DNA from: Desulfobaccales bacterium
GTDB taxonomy: Bacteria; Desulfobacterota; Desulfobaccia; Desulfobaccales; 0-14-0-80-60-11
DNA length: 64,000 bases
Reading direction: 5' to 3'
Assembly: GCA_037481655.1 (NCBI GenBank)
Contig: JBBFLF010000001.1
Coordinates: 48,365-112,364 of the forward strand
Each line of letters begins with the position of its first letter. The first letter of the stretch is position 1. This document shows positions 10,171-19,445 of this stretch, piece by piece. A model generated the notes under the pieces. That model ran no database searches and had not been told where the DNA came from. It was given only the letters and a program-made list of their open reading frames with translations. The position numbers were made by a program, and so were the translations under genes.

Positions 10171-10212
10171 GGGAGAGGGGGCCAAGGGCCGCGGGCCCCT
10201 GCCCCCTCCCCT
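10171..10212. repeat. Single GC-rich hairpin module (module 1 type) between convergent hybD and usp
   Basis: GGGAGAGGGGGCCAAGGGCC-gcg-GGCCCCTGCCCCCTCCCC. Could act as a bidirectional terminator. Confidence 0.75.
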
Positions 10213-10233
10213 CAATTTCCCTCCCTTAACCCC

Positions 10234-10707
10234 TTACTCCCGGCCGGCGCCGCCGGGGACGATGAGGATGGGCACCGGCAGCCCCCGGTAGGTCACTTCC
10301 CGGAGCACCCGCTCGGTGACCGAACCCAACAGGTGCCGGGCCACCACCCCGTGGCCGTGGGTGCCCATGACCAGGAATTTCACCGGACCGGCTTCGCTGA
10401 GGTAGTCCACGATGGCATCGGCCGGGGGCTTTTCGCTCTCCAGGAGCCGGAAGGTGAGCGTGACTCCCGCCTGCCGCCCCCTCGCTTCGGCCTCCTGGGA
10501 AAGGTTCTGCGCCTGGGCTTCGTAATCCTCCTTCAGGTGCCGGTCGATGAAGGCAAAATAACCCGCCTTACGGAGCTGCACCACATGCAGTACGGTGACC
10601 GGCCGGTCCATGAGCTTGGCCAGGTGCAGGGCCGTCTCCAGGGCCTCCCAGGAAGAGGGGGAGCCATCCACCGCCGCCACAATGGGTTTCGCCGGAGCCG
10701 CGCTCAT
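10234..10707 (-). CDS. Universal stress protein (single Usp domain)
   Basis: Start moved to the internal ATG at 10707 (MSAAPAKPIVAAVDGS...). VMGTHGHG...GSVTERV motif. The ATG shares one nt with the upstream TGA (TGATG). Confidence 0.85.
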   Translation of the reverse strand: MSAAPAKPIVAAVDGSPSSWEALETALHLAKLMDRPVTVLHVVQLRKAGYFAFIDRHLKEDYEAQAQNLSQEAEARGRQAGVTLTFRLLESEKPPADAIVDYLSEAGPVKFLVMGTHGHGVVARHLLGSVTERVLREVTYRGLPVPILIVPGGAGRE

Positions 10708-11504
10708 CAGTGGTGCCCTCCTTTCCGGAAGATGAAGCCCACCCCCAGGCCGGCGCCCATGGCCACCACCACGCACAGGATGCCGAAAAAGATGGGGTGG
10801 TTCTGGGAGGTATAGGTGAGCCAGTGTTCCAGGCCCACCTTCCGGATCTCGATGAGGTCTTTCCCGTAGCCCACCAGCTCCCCGTTCTGGAAGGCAAAGG
10901 ACTCCACCTGGTAGGTGCCCTCGGTGGCCGCCGGCGGGAAGCGGAAATAGTGCTTGAACAGCCGCCCCTCCTTCACCTCCAAGCGGGCCGGATCGGTGAC
11001 GATATTGTAAAGGTTGGCGTCCTCCTTGATCTTGATGAGCCCTTTGAAGACCTTGTCGGCATCCTCAGCGGCGGCTTCCCCCCGGATGAGATGGAGTTTC
11101 ATCCGGTCCCGGATGGCCTCATAGCCCAGCTCCAGCTCCCGGGCGGTCTCCGGGGAGAGGATCTGCTCCAGGGGCTTGGAGGCGTGAATCTTGTACATGA
11201 AGGGGACGCCGCTCACCTCGTACTGCTTCACCGTCATCCAGAAAGGACCCACCCGGCCTTTGACGGAGAGCTTGATGTCCTCTTCCTTGGCGGCGGTGAG
11301 GCGCACCACCAGATCCGCCCCGGGCACCGGATTGAGGCCGAAAAAGGTGATCTGGTCCCCCCGGTAGGAGAGCCCGATCTCCACCAGGTTCTTGGAGGCC
11401 GCGGTGAGGACTTTTTCCTTGACCGTCTCCCCGACGGCCACCGCCTCACTCCCCGCCAGCAGAGCCCAGCCTGCCACCGCCAGGAGAATTGCCAGCCGCC
11501 GCAT
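10707..11504 (-). CDS. Signal-peptide protein with C-terminal TM anchor, resembling TIGR02186/Alph_Pro_TM (partner of DUF81 permeases)
   Basis: 265 aa. N-terminal signal MRRLAILLAVAGWALLAG, C-terminal TM IFFGILCVVVAMGAGLGVGFIF. Family assignment is from memory of the pattern plus adjacency to a DUF81 gene. Confidence 0.5.
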   Translation of the reverse strand: MRRLAILLAVAGWALLAGSEAVAVGETVKEKVLTAASKNLVEIGLSYRGDQITFFGLNPVPGADLVVRLTAAKEEDIKLSVKGRVGPFWMTVKQYEVSGVPFMYKIHASKPLEQILSPETARELELGYEAIRDRMKLHLIRGEAAAEDADKVFKGLIKIKEDANLYNIVTDPARLEVKEGRLFKHYFRFPPAATEGTYQVESFAFQNGELVGYGKDLIEIRKVGLEHWLTYTSQNHPIFFGILCVVVAMGAGLGVGFIFRKGGHH

Positions 11505-12448
11505 CAGTGGCCCCCTCCCTTGGCCGGCGCCAGACTCACCAGGTCCGCCGGCGTGAGCACCAGATCCAAAAAGAGCTTAACTGTCAAGGCCAGCACGATG
11601 ATGGCCAGGAGGATCCGGATCTGTTCGCCCTTGAGCCGTTTGCCGGCCACGGCCCCGAACTGGGCCCCGATGGTGGAGCCCATGAGCAGGATCAGCGCCA
11701 GAAGCAGGTCCACCGTCTTGTTGACGAAGGCCTGCTGCAGGGTGACGTTAGCGGAGGTGAGCACGATCTGGAAGAGGTCGGTGCCGATGGCCACGATGGT
11801 GGGCATGCCGATGATGTAAATCATGGCTGGCACCATGATGAAGCCGCCGCCTACCCCCAAGAGGGCCGCCATGATGCCCACGATGGTGCCGATGGAGAAG
11901 GGGAAGATGGCCGAGGTGTGCAGCCCCGAGCGGGCAAAGTGCATCCTCAGGGGCAGGCGGGCGAAGAGCTTGGCCAGCCGGGGTTCGGAGGGCGCGGCCG
12001 CCACGGCGGGATCGAAGGCGGCCCCGCGGCTGCGCCGGATGGTGCGCAGGCTCTCCACAAACATGGCGCCGCCCACCAGGCCCAGCATGAGGACATAGAC
12101 CACTTTCATGACAAATTCAAAGTTACCGACGGCCCTCAGCACCTTCACCAGTTGCACCCCGATGGTGCCGCCGGTGATGCCCCCCAGCAGGATGACCAGA
12201 CCCATCTTGAAGTCCACGTTCCCCAAACGCCAGTGGGCAAAGGCGCCGGAGCTGGCCGCAGCCACGATCTGGCAGGAATCCGAGGCCGCCGCCACCGCCG
12301 GCGGAATGCCGATCATCATCATCAAGGGTGTGAGGAGAAACCCTCCTCCCACCCCGAAGAGGCCGGAGAGAAACCCCACCAGGCCACCGATGCCGATGAC
12401 CAGGAAGAAGTTGATGCTCATGCCGGCAATGGGAAGGTAAATCTCCAT
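11504..12448 (-). CDS. TauE/SafE (DUF81) family anion/sulfite exporter
   Basis: 314 aa polytopic protein. GGLVGFLSGLFGVGGGFLLTP motif, repeated in the second half (LLGVGGGFIMVP). Confidence 0.85.
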   Translation of the reverse strand: MEIYLPIAGMSINFFLVIGIGGLVGFLSGLFGVGGGFLLTPLMMMIGIPPAVAAASDSCQIVAAASSGAFAHWRLGNVDFKMGLVILLGGITGGTIGVQLVKVLRAVGNFEFVMKVVYVLMLGLVGGAMFVESLRTIRRSRGAAFDPAVAAAPSEPRLAKLFARLPLRMHFARSGLHTSAIFPFSIGTIVGIMAALLGVGGGFIMVPAMIYIIGMPTIVAIGTDLFQIVLTSANVTLQQAFVNKTVDLLLALILLMGSTIGAQFGAVAGKRLKGEQIRILLAIIVLALTVKLFLDLVLTPADLVSLAPAKGGGH

Positions 12449-12623
12449 CCGTTCCCCCTTTATCTGGAACTCTGAGCCCTAAGCCTATGCCCGGCGGGCT
12501 TTGGTGTCAAGACAAGAGTGCACAATGCCACGATAGAGACGGCGGGGCAGGGCAACCGGGCGGCAGCGACAACTCCGCATGCGCCCAAGAGTTTTCCGGC
12601 AGCCGGGGAGCCAGGCCCGGGGT

Positions 12624-13031
12624 TCAGGCGGGGGCTTTGAGCGCCGCCAGTTCCTGTTGCATCCGCCGCCATTCCAGGGCCCGCTTCACGGTGATGAGGA
12701 TGGCCTCCTTGCGGAAGGGCTTGGTGATGAAGTCGTAGGCGCCTTTCTGCACCGCCTCTTCCGCCGTCTCCAGGGTACCGTAGGCAGTGATGATGACGAT
12801 GGGGAGCTGGGCATCAAGCTTGCGGATGATGTCAATGAGTTCGATGCCGTCCACCAGGGGCATCTTCAGGTCGCTGATCACCAGATCGTAGGCCTTCTCC
12901 TGGAGCATCCGGCTCACTTCCAGGGGATTGTTGGTGGTGTCCACCTCATAGCCGGTGCGGTCGGTGAGGATGGTTTTGAGGAGCCTGAGCATATTGGGCT
13001 CATCATCCACCACCAGAATGCGCTCGGTCAT
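12624..13031 (-). CDS. Single-domain response regulator (CheY-like receiver)
   Basis: ILVVDDEPNM ... DLVISDLKMPLVDG ... ITAYG ... KPF receiver signature. No output domain. Confidence 0.9.
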   Translation of the reverse strand: MTERILVVDDEPNMLRLLKTILTDRTGYEVDTTNNPLEVSRMLQEKAYDLVISDLKMPLVDGIELIDIIRKLDAQLPIVIITAYGTLETAEEAVQKGAYDFITKPFRKEAILITVKRALEWRRMQQELAALKAPA

Positions 13032-13072
13032 GGTCCTTCTCCTCTGCGATCGTCGGGGGTAAGCCCGGGAAA

Positions 13073-15484
13073 CTACAGGCCGAAGCCTTCCACCAGAAAG
13101 CCCAGCCGCGGCTCTTTGGGCTCCTCCTGCGGCAGCGCGGTCTCAGCCACCACCGGCAGATAGACGGTAAAGGTGGTGCCATGCTTGTCAGGGTATTCCG
13201 CCGCAGGGAAACTGGTAAAGACGATGTTCCCGCCGTATTTGCTGACGATGCCGTAGCAGGTGGACAATCCCAGGCCGGTCCCTTCCCCCGTCTTTTTGGT
13301 GGTGAAGAAGGGATCGAAGATCTTGTGCTGGACCTCCCGGGGAATGCCGTTGCCGGTGTCATGGAACTGGATGGCCACCCGCTTGCCGTCCGGAGTGGGG
13401 CGGGCCTTGACCGTCAGCACCCCGCCCCCTTTCATGGCGTCCATGGCATTGTTGATGAGATTGATGAACACCTGCTGCAGCTCCCTGGGGTCGCCGGCCA
13501 CCCGGGGCAGCCCGGCCGCGATATCCGTCTCCAGGCGGATCTTTTTGGTGAAAAGGGAGTTGCGCACCACGGCCAGCATCTTCTCCAGCACGGCGTTGAG
13601 ATCGGTGCTCGTCTCGCTCTTTTCCGGCGCCCGGGCAAAGGTGAGGAGGTTTTCCACAATCTTTTTGCACTTCAGCCCTTCTTCCTCAATGATCTTCAGG
13701 GTCTCCTGGATCTCCGGGTAGGGGGCGGTCTGCTCGATCAGGTGTTCCGTGAACCCGAGGATCACCGCAATGGGGTTGTTGATCTCATGGGCCACCCCGG
13801 CGGCCAGGGTGCCGATGGAGGCCAGCTTCTCCATATTGATGAGCCGGTCCTCAAAGGCCTTGCGGCCGGTGATGTCCCGGGAGATGATCTCATAGGAGAA
13901 GATCTGCCCCGTCTCATCCTTCAGGCCCACAATGCTGGTGGAGAACCAGAACTCCTGGTCGCCGATGGTCACCTGGTGGCGTTTGCTTCGCACCCGACCG
14001 GTCTCCCGGATCTCCCGCAGCCACTCCAGGTGAAAGTCCGCCGACTTGGGGGAGAAGATCTCGTACAGACTGCGGCCGATAAAGTCCTGAGGGGTGCGGG
14101 GCACGGTGGCGGGATCCCGGTCCGGGGCCTTCTGCAGAGTCTGGGAAAAGAGGCGGGCGGCAAAATTGTTGATGGACAGGATATGCCCTTCGGCATCCAC
14201 GGTGTAGATCAAGTCGGCGGCATTCTCCACCAGGGCCTGGTAGCGGGCCTCGGATTTCCGCAGCTCCTCCCGCTTGCGGTTCACCTCCTCCTCCAGGCTG
14301 GCGGAAAACTGGGCCTCATAGCGGAAATTGAGGAGCAGGATGGTGCCGGAGAGCACAAAAAACCCGATGATCACCTGCAGCAAAAACTGCCGGCGATACA
14401 GGGTATGGACCACCCCTTCCACCTCGCTCACCGGGGCCACCACCGCCACCGACCAAAAGAACCCCTTGTTCTCGTTCTCTCCGAAGCCCGGTTCCGTGAG
14501 CCGCACCGGGGTGTAGGCGATGAGCTTGCGGATCTCCCCCGCCATGCCTCCGTGCCAGCCGGAGATGTACACCCCCCAGCCCTCCTGGCCGGTGAGCATC
14601 TTCTCCCGCTGGATTTCGTTGATGGCGTCAAAGGAGATGGCCGGCATGCGCTCCTTGCGCACGGTGAAGGCGTTTTTGCCGATGAAGGCCCGCTCCGGGT
14701 GGCTCAAAAAAATCCCCTGGTTGTCCATGATCCAGGCGTAGCCGGTCTTGCCGCTGATGATGCCCCGGGTGAATTTCTCCGCCAGGTGGTGGGCGTCCAC
14801 GTAAAAGGCCAACAGCCCATTGAAGGCGCCGCTGGGATGCGGGTGGAATTCATCCACCGATTCCTCGTAGGTGGGGATGGCCAACACCATGATGAGGCGC
14901 CCCACATAGTTGGGCAGGGAGCTGGAAACCCCGCTCACATAGATGCGGCCTTTGTTTTCCGGCCGGGCAGCCCAGACAAACCACGGATCCTCCCGGAAGT
15001 CGCCCCGGATCTCGTGGTCCAGGCTGCGGTCGTCCACCAGAAAGGCCCTGGCGCCCTCCCGGTCCACCCGCCGGATCTCCACCACCCCTTCATTGCGCAC
15101 GCTGGCCAAAGTGGCCCGCATGCGGTTGGCCCAGGTGAGTCTTTCCAGGTATTGGATGGACGGGGAGTGATTCAGGGTGGCCAGCTCCCGCTTGAGAAAG
15201 TCAAAATCCTGCTCCAGCAAACGGGCGGACTGCCGGGCCAGGGAGAGTTGCTGCTGATTGAAATCCTCCCGGACGATCTCCCGCATCTGCCCCAGGGACT
15301 TGAGGCCGAGATAGAGGCCCAAGGAGAGGAGCACCAGGTTGAAGGTCAGGATGATGCCTAGGGCATGGCGGGAAAAGAGGAAGGGAAAGCGCCTAAGAAA
15401 ACTGCTGGCCTTCAAAGTGGCCTGGGCCGGGGTAGTGCCGGAGTCCTTTCCCGGGGACTCGGGAGGATTGCCCATCGTACTCAT
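13073..15484 (-). CDS. Sensor histidine kinase (periplasmic Cache-like domain, PAS, HisKA, HATPase_c)
   Basis: 803 aa, two TM segments flanking a ~300 aa extracytoplasmic domain. H-box AAGVAHEINNP, N-box NLINNAMDAM, G-boxes DTGNGI / GTGLGLS. Confidence 0.9.
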   Translation of the reverse strand: MSTMGNPPESPGKDSGTTPAQATLKASSFLRRFPFLFSRHALGIILTFNLVLLSLGLYLGLKSLGQMREIVREDFNQQQLSLARQSARLLEQDFDFLKRELATLNHSPSIQYLERLTWANRMRATLASVRNEGVVEIRRVDREGARAFLVDDRSLDHEIRGDFREDPWFVWAARPENKGRIYVSGVSSSLPNYVGRLIMVLAIPTYEESVDEFHPHPSGAFNGLLAFYVDAHHLAEKFTRGIISGKTGYAWIMDNQGIFLSHPERAFIGKNAFTVRKERMPAISFDAINEIQREKMLTGQEGWGVYISGWHGGMAGEIRKLIAYTPVRLTEPGFGENENKGFFWSVAVVAPVSEVEGVVHTLYRRQFLLQVIIGFFVLSGTILLLNFRYEAQFSASLEEEVNRKREELRKSEARYQALVENAADLIYTVDAEGHILSINNFAARLFSQTLQKAPDRDPATVPRTPQDFIGRSLYEIFSPKSADFHLEWLREIRETGRVRSKRHQVTIGDQEFWFSTSIVGLKDETGQIFSYEIISRDITGRKAFEDRLINMEKLASIGTLAAGVAHEINNPIAVILGFTEHLIEQTAPYPEIQETLKIIEEEGLKCKKIVENLLTFARAPEKSETSTDLNAVLEKMLAVVRNSLFTKKIRLETDIAAGLPRVAGDPRELQQVFINLINNAMDAMKGGGVLTVKARPTPDGKRVAIQFHDTGNGIPREVQHKIFDPFFTTKKTGEGTGLGLSTCYGIVSKYGGNIVFTSFPAAEYPDKHGTTFTVYLPVVAETALPQEEPKEPRLGFLVEGFGL

Positions 15485-15670
15485 GTACTTATCTTAGCGC
15501 ATCCGTCGCGATGCGGTCAAGGAGGAGCCCTTCGCGCCGCAAATCGGCGCCGGCGCGGTCCGGGGTTTTAAATTCCCGGAGGAATGTGATACAAAGGGCC
15601 GTTAAGGACGCCGCGAGGGGGAGTTCCCGGGGCTCTTCGGGAACCGCCCCTTCTTAAGCCCCCTTAAGCG

Positions 15671-17044
15671 ATGCGGGCCTTCTTCCGGAAACGGCTGCTG
15701 CCTTACAGCAAGCTCCCCCAGACCTATTTCGTGGGCGGGTTTGCCGCCGTTATCCTCGTGGGCACCGGCCTCCTGCTCCTCCCCTGGTCCCAGACCCGAG
15801 GCGAGGTGGGCCTGGTGGATGCGCTGTTCACCGCCACCTCGGCGGTGTGCGTTACCGGCCTGGTGGTGGTGGACACCGGCACTGCCTTCACCTTCTTCGG
15901 GCAGGTGGTCATCCTCCTCCTCATCCAGGTGGGGGGGCTGGGGATCATGACCTTTGCCGCCCTGGCCTATCTGATGTTGGGCCGGCGACTGTCTTTAGCC
16001 TCCCAGGCCGCCTTGCATGACGCCTTCTTCCAGCGGGACCTGGGGGTGGCCTTCCGGCAGCGCTTCCGGCAGATCCTGATGCTGGTGGGGCTGACGGAGC
16101 TCATTGGCGCCCTGCTTCTTTTAGCTGTCCTCTTCTGGCGGGGCACCCCTGTCCCTGCAGCCCTGTTCTCCGCGGTCTTCCACGCCGTCTCCGCCTTCTG
16201 CAACGCCGGCTTTTCCCTCTACCGGGACAACCTCGTGGGGCTGCGGGACAGCCCGGTGTTTGTGGGCACCATCATGGGCCTCATCGTCCTGGGGGGCCTG
16301 GGCCATCTGGTGCTGACGGACCTCCTGGAGCAGGGCCGCCGCCGCCTCAGCCGCAGCCCGGCGGGCCTGTCGCCCTTAAGCCTCCACTCCCGGGTGGTGC
16401 TGCGCACCACTGCCGCCCTCATTCTGGGCGGGTGTCTGGGACTGCTCCTCTTTGGCTTGACCCCCGCCGAGGCCACCTGGGGCGAAAAACTGGGCGGGGC
16501 CCTGTTTCAGTCGGTGACCGCCCGCACCGCCGGCTTCAACACGGTGGACATCGGCCTTCTGCCCCTCTCCTCCCTGCTGCTTCTGACCCTGCTGATGTTC
16601 ATCGGCGGCTCCCCTGGCTCCTGCGCCGGCGGGGTGAAGACCACCACCTTGGCCATCTCCCTGGCGGAATTCCGGGCCAAACTCAAGGGGGAGGAGGAGG
16701 TGGTGCTCCTGGAGCGGCGGGTGCCCCGGCCGGTGCTGGACCGCACCGTGGTGCTGGTGAGGCTGGCTGTCTTGTGGAATCTCCTGGGGCTGCTCCTCCT
16801 CCTCACCACCGAGGCCGGGCGGGCCGGGGTGGGATTCCACGACGTCCTCTTCGAGCAGATCTCCGCCTTCGGCACCGTGGGGCTGTCCACCGGGTTGACC
16901 GACAAGCTGAGCGTGGCCGGACGCCTGTGGCTCACCGCCACCATGTTCGTGGGCCGGGTGGGACCCTTGACTCTGGCCCTGGGCATCCTGCCGGTCCGAC
17001 CGACGCATGTCAGATACCCAGAAGACAGGATCCTCATCGGATGA
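15671..17044 (+). CDS. ktrB: TrkH/KtrB-family potassium transporter membrane subunit
   Basis: 457 aa polytopic protein. Repeated pore-loop motifs (TATSAVCVTGL, SAFCNAGFS, VTARTAGFN, SAFGTVGLS). Confidence 0.9.
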   Translation: MRAFFRKRLLPYSKLPQTYFVGGFAAVILVGTGLLLLPWSQTRGEVGLVDALFTATSAVCVTGLVVVDTGTAFTFFGQVVILLLIQVGGLGIMTFAALAYLMLGRRLSLASQAALHDAFFQRDLGVAFRQRFRQILMLVGLTELIGALLLLAVLFWRGTPVPAALFSAVFHAVSAFCNAGFSLYRDNLVGLRDSPVFVGTIMGLIVLGGLGHLVLTDLLEQGRRRLSRSPAGLSPLSLHSRVVLRTTAALILGGCLGLLLFGLTPAEATWGEKLGGALFQSVTARTAGFNTVDIGLLPLSSLLLLTLLMFIGGSPGSCAGGVKTTTLAISLAEFRAKLKGEEEVVLLERRVPRPVLDRTVVLVRLAVLWNLLGLLLLLTTEAGRAGVGFHDVLFEQISAFGTVGLSTGLTDKLSVAGRLWLTATMFVGRVGPLTLALGILPVRPTHVRYPEDRILIG

Positions 17045-17709
17045 AAGCCAAAAAACACGTGGTGGTCATCGGCCTGGGGGAGTTTGGCCGGGAGTTGGCC
17101 CTGCAGTTGGCCAGTGACTGCGAGGTCCTGGCCCTGGACCGGGACGAGCGCATGGTGGAACAGATCCTGGATCGGGTGCAGCGGGCCCTGATCCTGGACG
17201 TCCGGGATTATCACGCCCTCAGTTCCGTGGTCACCCCGGATTTCGACGAGGGGGTGGTGAGCATGGCCGAGAGCCTGGAGTCCAGCATCCTGGCCACCCT
17301 GCACCTGAAAAAGATCGGGGTCCGGCGCATCTGGGCCAAGGCCACCACCGAGGACCACGCCGCTATCCTCAGAGCCATCGGCGCCGATGAGGTCATCTTC
17401 CCGGAGCGGGAGACGGCCCGGCGCCTGGCGGCCCACCTCATCAACCCCAACCTCCTGGATTTTGTCCCCCTGGCCGAGGACTACCGGGTCATGGACGTGG
17501 CCCCGCCGGATGAGTTCTACGGCCGCACCCTGGCGGAGCTGGACCTGCGCAAGCGCTTCGGCGTCTTTGTGCTGGCCGTGAAGGAGCTGGTGCCGGTGCG
17601 CTTCGTCTTCCTGCCGCCGCCGGATTTTGTCATCAAGCCCAGCGACATCCTGGTGATGATCGGCCGGGAGGCGGACCTCCTGCGCTTAAGCGGCCGGGCG
17701 GGCCGCTGA
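17041..17709 (+). CDS. ktrA: KtrA/TrkA-type RCK (NAD-binding) regulatory subunit
   Basis: ATG 17041 overlaps the ktrB stop (ATGA). VVVIGLGEFGRELA Rossmann motif plus TrkA_C. About 222 aa. Confidence 0.9.
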   Translation: MKAKKHVVVIGLGEFGRELALQLASDCEVLALDRDERMVEQILDRVQRALILDVRDYHALSSVVTPDFDEGVVSMAESLESSILATLHLKKIGVRRIWAKATTEDHAAILRAIGADEVIFPERETARRLAAHLINPNLLDFVPLAEDYRVMDVAPPDEFYGRTLAELDLRKRFGVFVLAVKELVPVRFVFLPPPDFVIKPSDILVMIGREADLLRLSGRAGR

Positions 17710-17713
17710 GCCC

Positions 17714-19432
17714 TCAATACCACAGGAGCAGATAGGCCATGGACAAGAGCACGGTGAGAAGCATGGGCGGCAGGCAGGCCTGCAGATAGTCCATAAAAGA
17801 AATGGGATAGCCCGCCCGTTCCGCCAGGCCCACGGTGACCACATTGGCCGAGGCGCCGATCAGGGTGCCGTTGCCCCCCAGGCAGGCCCCCAGGGCCAGG
17901 GCCCACCACAGCACTCCGCTCTCTGCGCCGGGCAGTTGCTGGTTCAGGAAGGCCACGATGGGCAGCATGGTGGCGGTGAAGGGAATATTGTCAATGAGGG
18001 CGGAAGCAATCGCCGACACCCACAGCACCAGGATCACCGCCCGGGGCAGGGAATCCCCGGAGAGCTGTCGCACCCCCTCCGCCAAAAACTGAATCAGGCC
18101 CGTCTCCTCGGCCCCGGCAATGATGATGAACAGGGCCATGAAAAAGACCAGGGTGGGCCACTCCACCTCCCGCTCCAGCATCTCCACGATATTGACCCGG
18201 GAAAAGACCAGGAGCAGCATGGCGCCGGTCAAGGCCGCCACCGAGGGCTCCATGTGCAAGACACCGTGGATGATGAAAAGGAAGATAGTCAGGCCCAGCA
18301 AGGAAAGGCCCCAGCACAGGAGCCGGCGGTCGGTGATGGGGTGCTCGGCCTTGAGGCGGGCCAGGGTGGCGGCAAAGTCTTTCACCTGCGCCCGGCGGTA
18401 GTCCCGGCAGTAATAGGCCAGAAAGAACCCCACCGCCGCCGCCAGGGCCACCACGCAGATAGCGGTGAGGTGATGGAGAAACTGGGCAAAGGTGAGGTTG
18501 GCATAGGAGCCGATGAGGATGTTGGGGGGATCGCCGATGAGGGTGGCCGTGCCCCCCACGTTGGAGGCAAAGACCTCAGGGATGAGGAGGCTTAAAGGGG
18601 GGATCCTCAGGGTCAGGGCAATCTCCAGGGTCACCGGAATCATGAGAAGCATGGTGGTGACATTGTCCAGAAACGCCGAGAGAAAAGCGGTGATGCCCAT
18701 GAGAAATCCCGCCAGCACAAAGACATTGCCCCGGGCGGCGCCATACGCCCGGGCCGCCAGCCAGGGGAAAAGCCCCGTCCTTTTCAGCACCCCCACGAAG
18801 ATCATCATCCCCAAGAGCAGGAAGATGACATTGAGGTCCACCCCCTGCATGGCGTCCTCAAAGGAAACGATGAAAAAGCGCTCATCCCAGACGCCCAGGG
18901 TGTAGGAGACAAAGAGCATCAGGGCGGCCCCTAACAGCGCCGCCAGAGTGCGGTGCAGCCACTCCAGGGCGATGAGGAGATAGACCACCGCCAGGATGGC
19001 GGCGGCCAGCCAGAAGGCCGGAGTGACCTGGCGCTCCAGGGTGAGGTGGGCCTGGGCGCTGAAGAGACGGCGGCCCTCGGGGTCGGTGCCTTCGGCATGG
19101 ACCACCAGGGGCACGGGTTCTGTGGTGCGCCAGGCGGGCTTGGCCGCCTGCACCGCCACCTGGGCCGTGGGGAGAGTGCCGGCGGGCAGGAGAAAATCGC
19201 CGGCAAAGCTGCCCCGGTTGCTGCTTTTGGGCTCGCCGTCGCCCCCCACAGAGGGGACCGGGTGGCCATTTACCAGGACCACCAGGCGGGCATCGGCCAC
19301 CCCTTTGCCCTGCCCGCTCCTCACCGTTCCCGCCACCCTCAGCAGATCCGCGGCCAGACTGCTCTCCACCGGCACTAAGAGAATCAGGGCCAGAAGCAGG
19401 CCGCCCAGGATGCCGAGTTTACCCCTATTCAC
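17714..19432 (-). CDS. ArsB/NhaD-superfamily permease with a ~130 aa N-terminal exported extension
   Basis: 572 aa. Core motifs FLSAFLDNVTTMLLMIP and NVGGTATLIGDPPNILIG. N-terminus has a signal peptide plus a beta-rich domain (LRVAGTVRSGQGKGVADARLVVLVNGHPV). Confidence 0.8.
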   Translation of the reverse strand: MNRGKLGILGGLLLALILLVPVESSLAADLLRVAGTVRSGQGKGVADARLVVLVNGHPVPSVGGDGEPKSSNRGSFAGDFLLPAGTLPTAQVAVQAAKPAWRTTEPVPLVVHAEGTDPEGRRLFSAQAHLTLERQVTPAFWLAAAILAVVYLLIALEWLHRTLAALLGAALMLFVSYTLGVWDERFFIVSFEDAMQGVDLNVIFLLLGMMIFVGVLKRTGLFPWLAARAYGAARGNVFVLAGFLMGITAFLSAFLDNVTTMLLMIPVTLEIALTLRIPPLSLLIPEVFASNVGGTATLIGDPPNILIGSYANLTFAQFLHHLTAICVVALAAAVGFFLAYYCRDYRRAQVKDFAATLARLKAEHPITDRRLLCWGLSLLGLTIFLFIIHGVLHMEPSVAALTGAMLLLVFSRVNIVEMLEREVEWPTLVFFMALFIIIAGAEETGLIQFLAEGVRQLSGDSLPRAVILVLWVSAIASALIDNIPFTATMLPIVAFLNQQLPGAESGVLWWALALGACLGGNGTLIGASANVVTVGLAERAGYPISFMDYLQACLPPMLLTVLLSMAYLLLWY

Positions 19433-19445
19433 CCCAACCGCCCCC

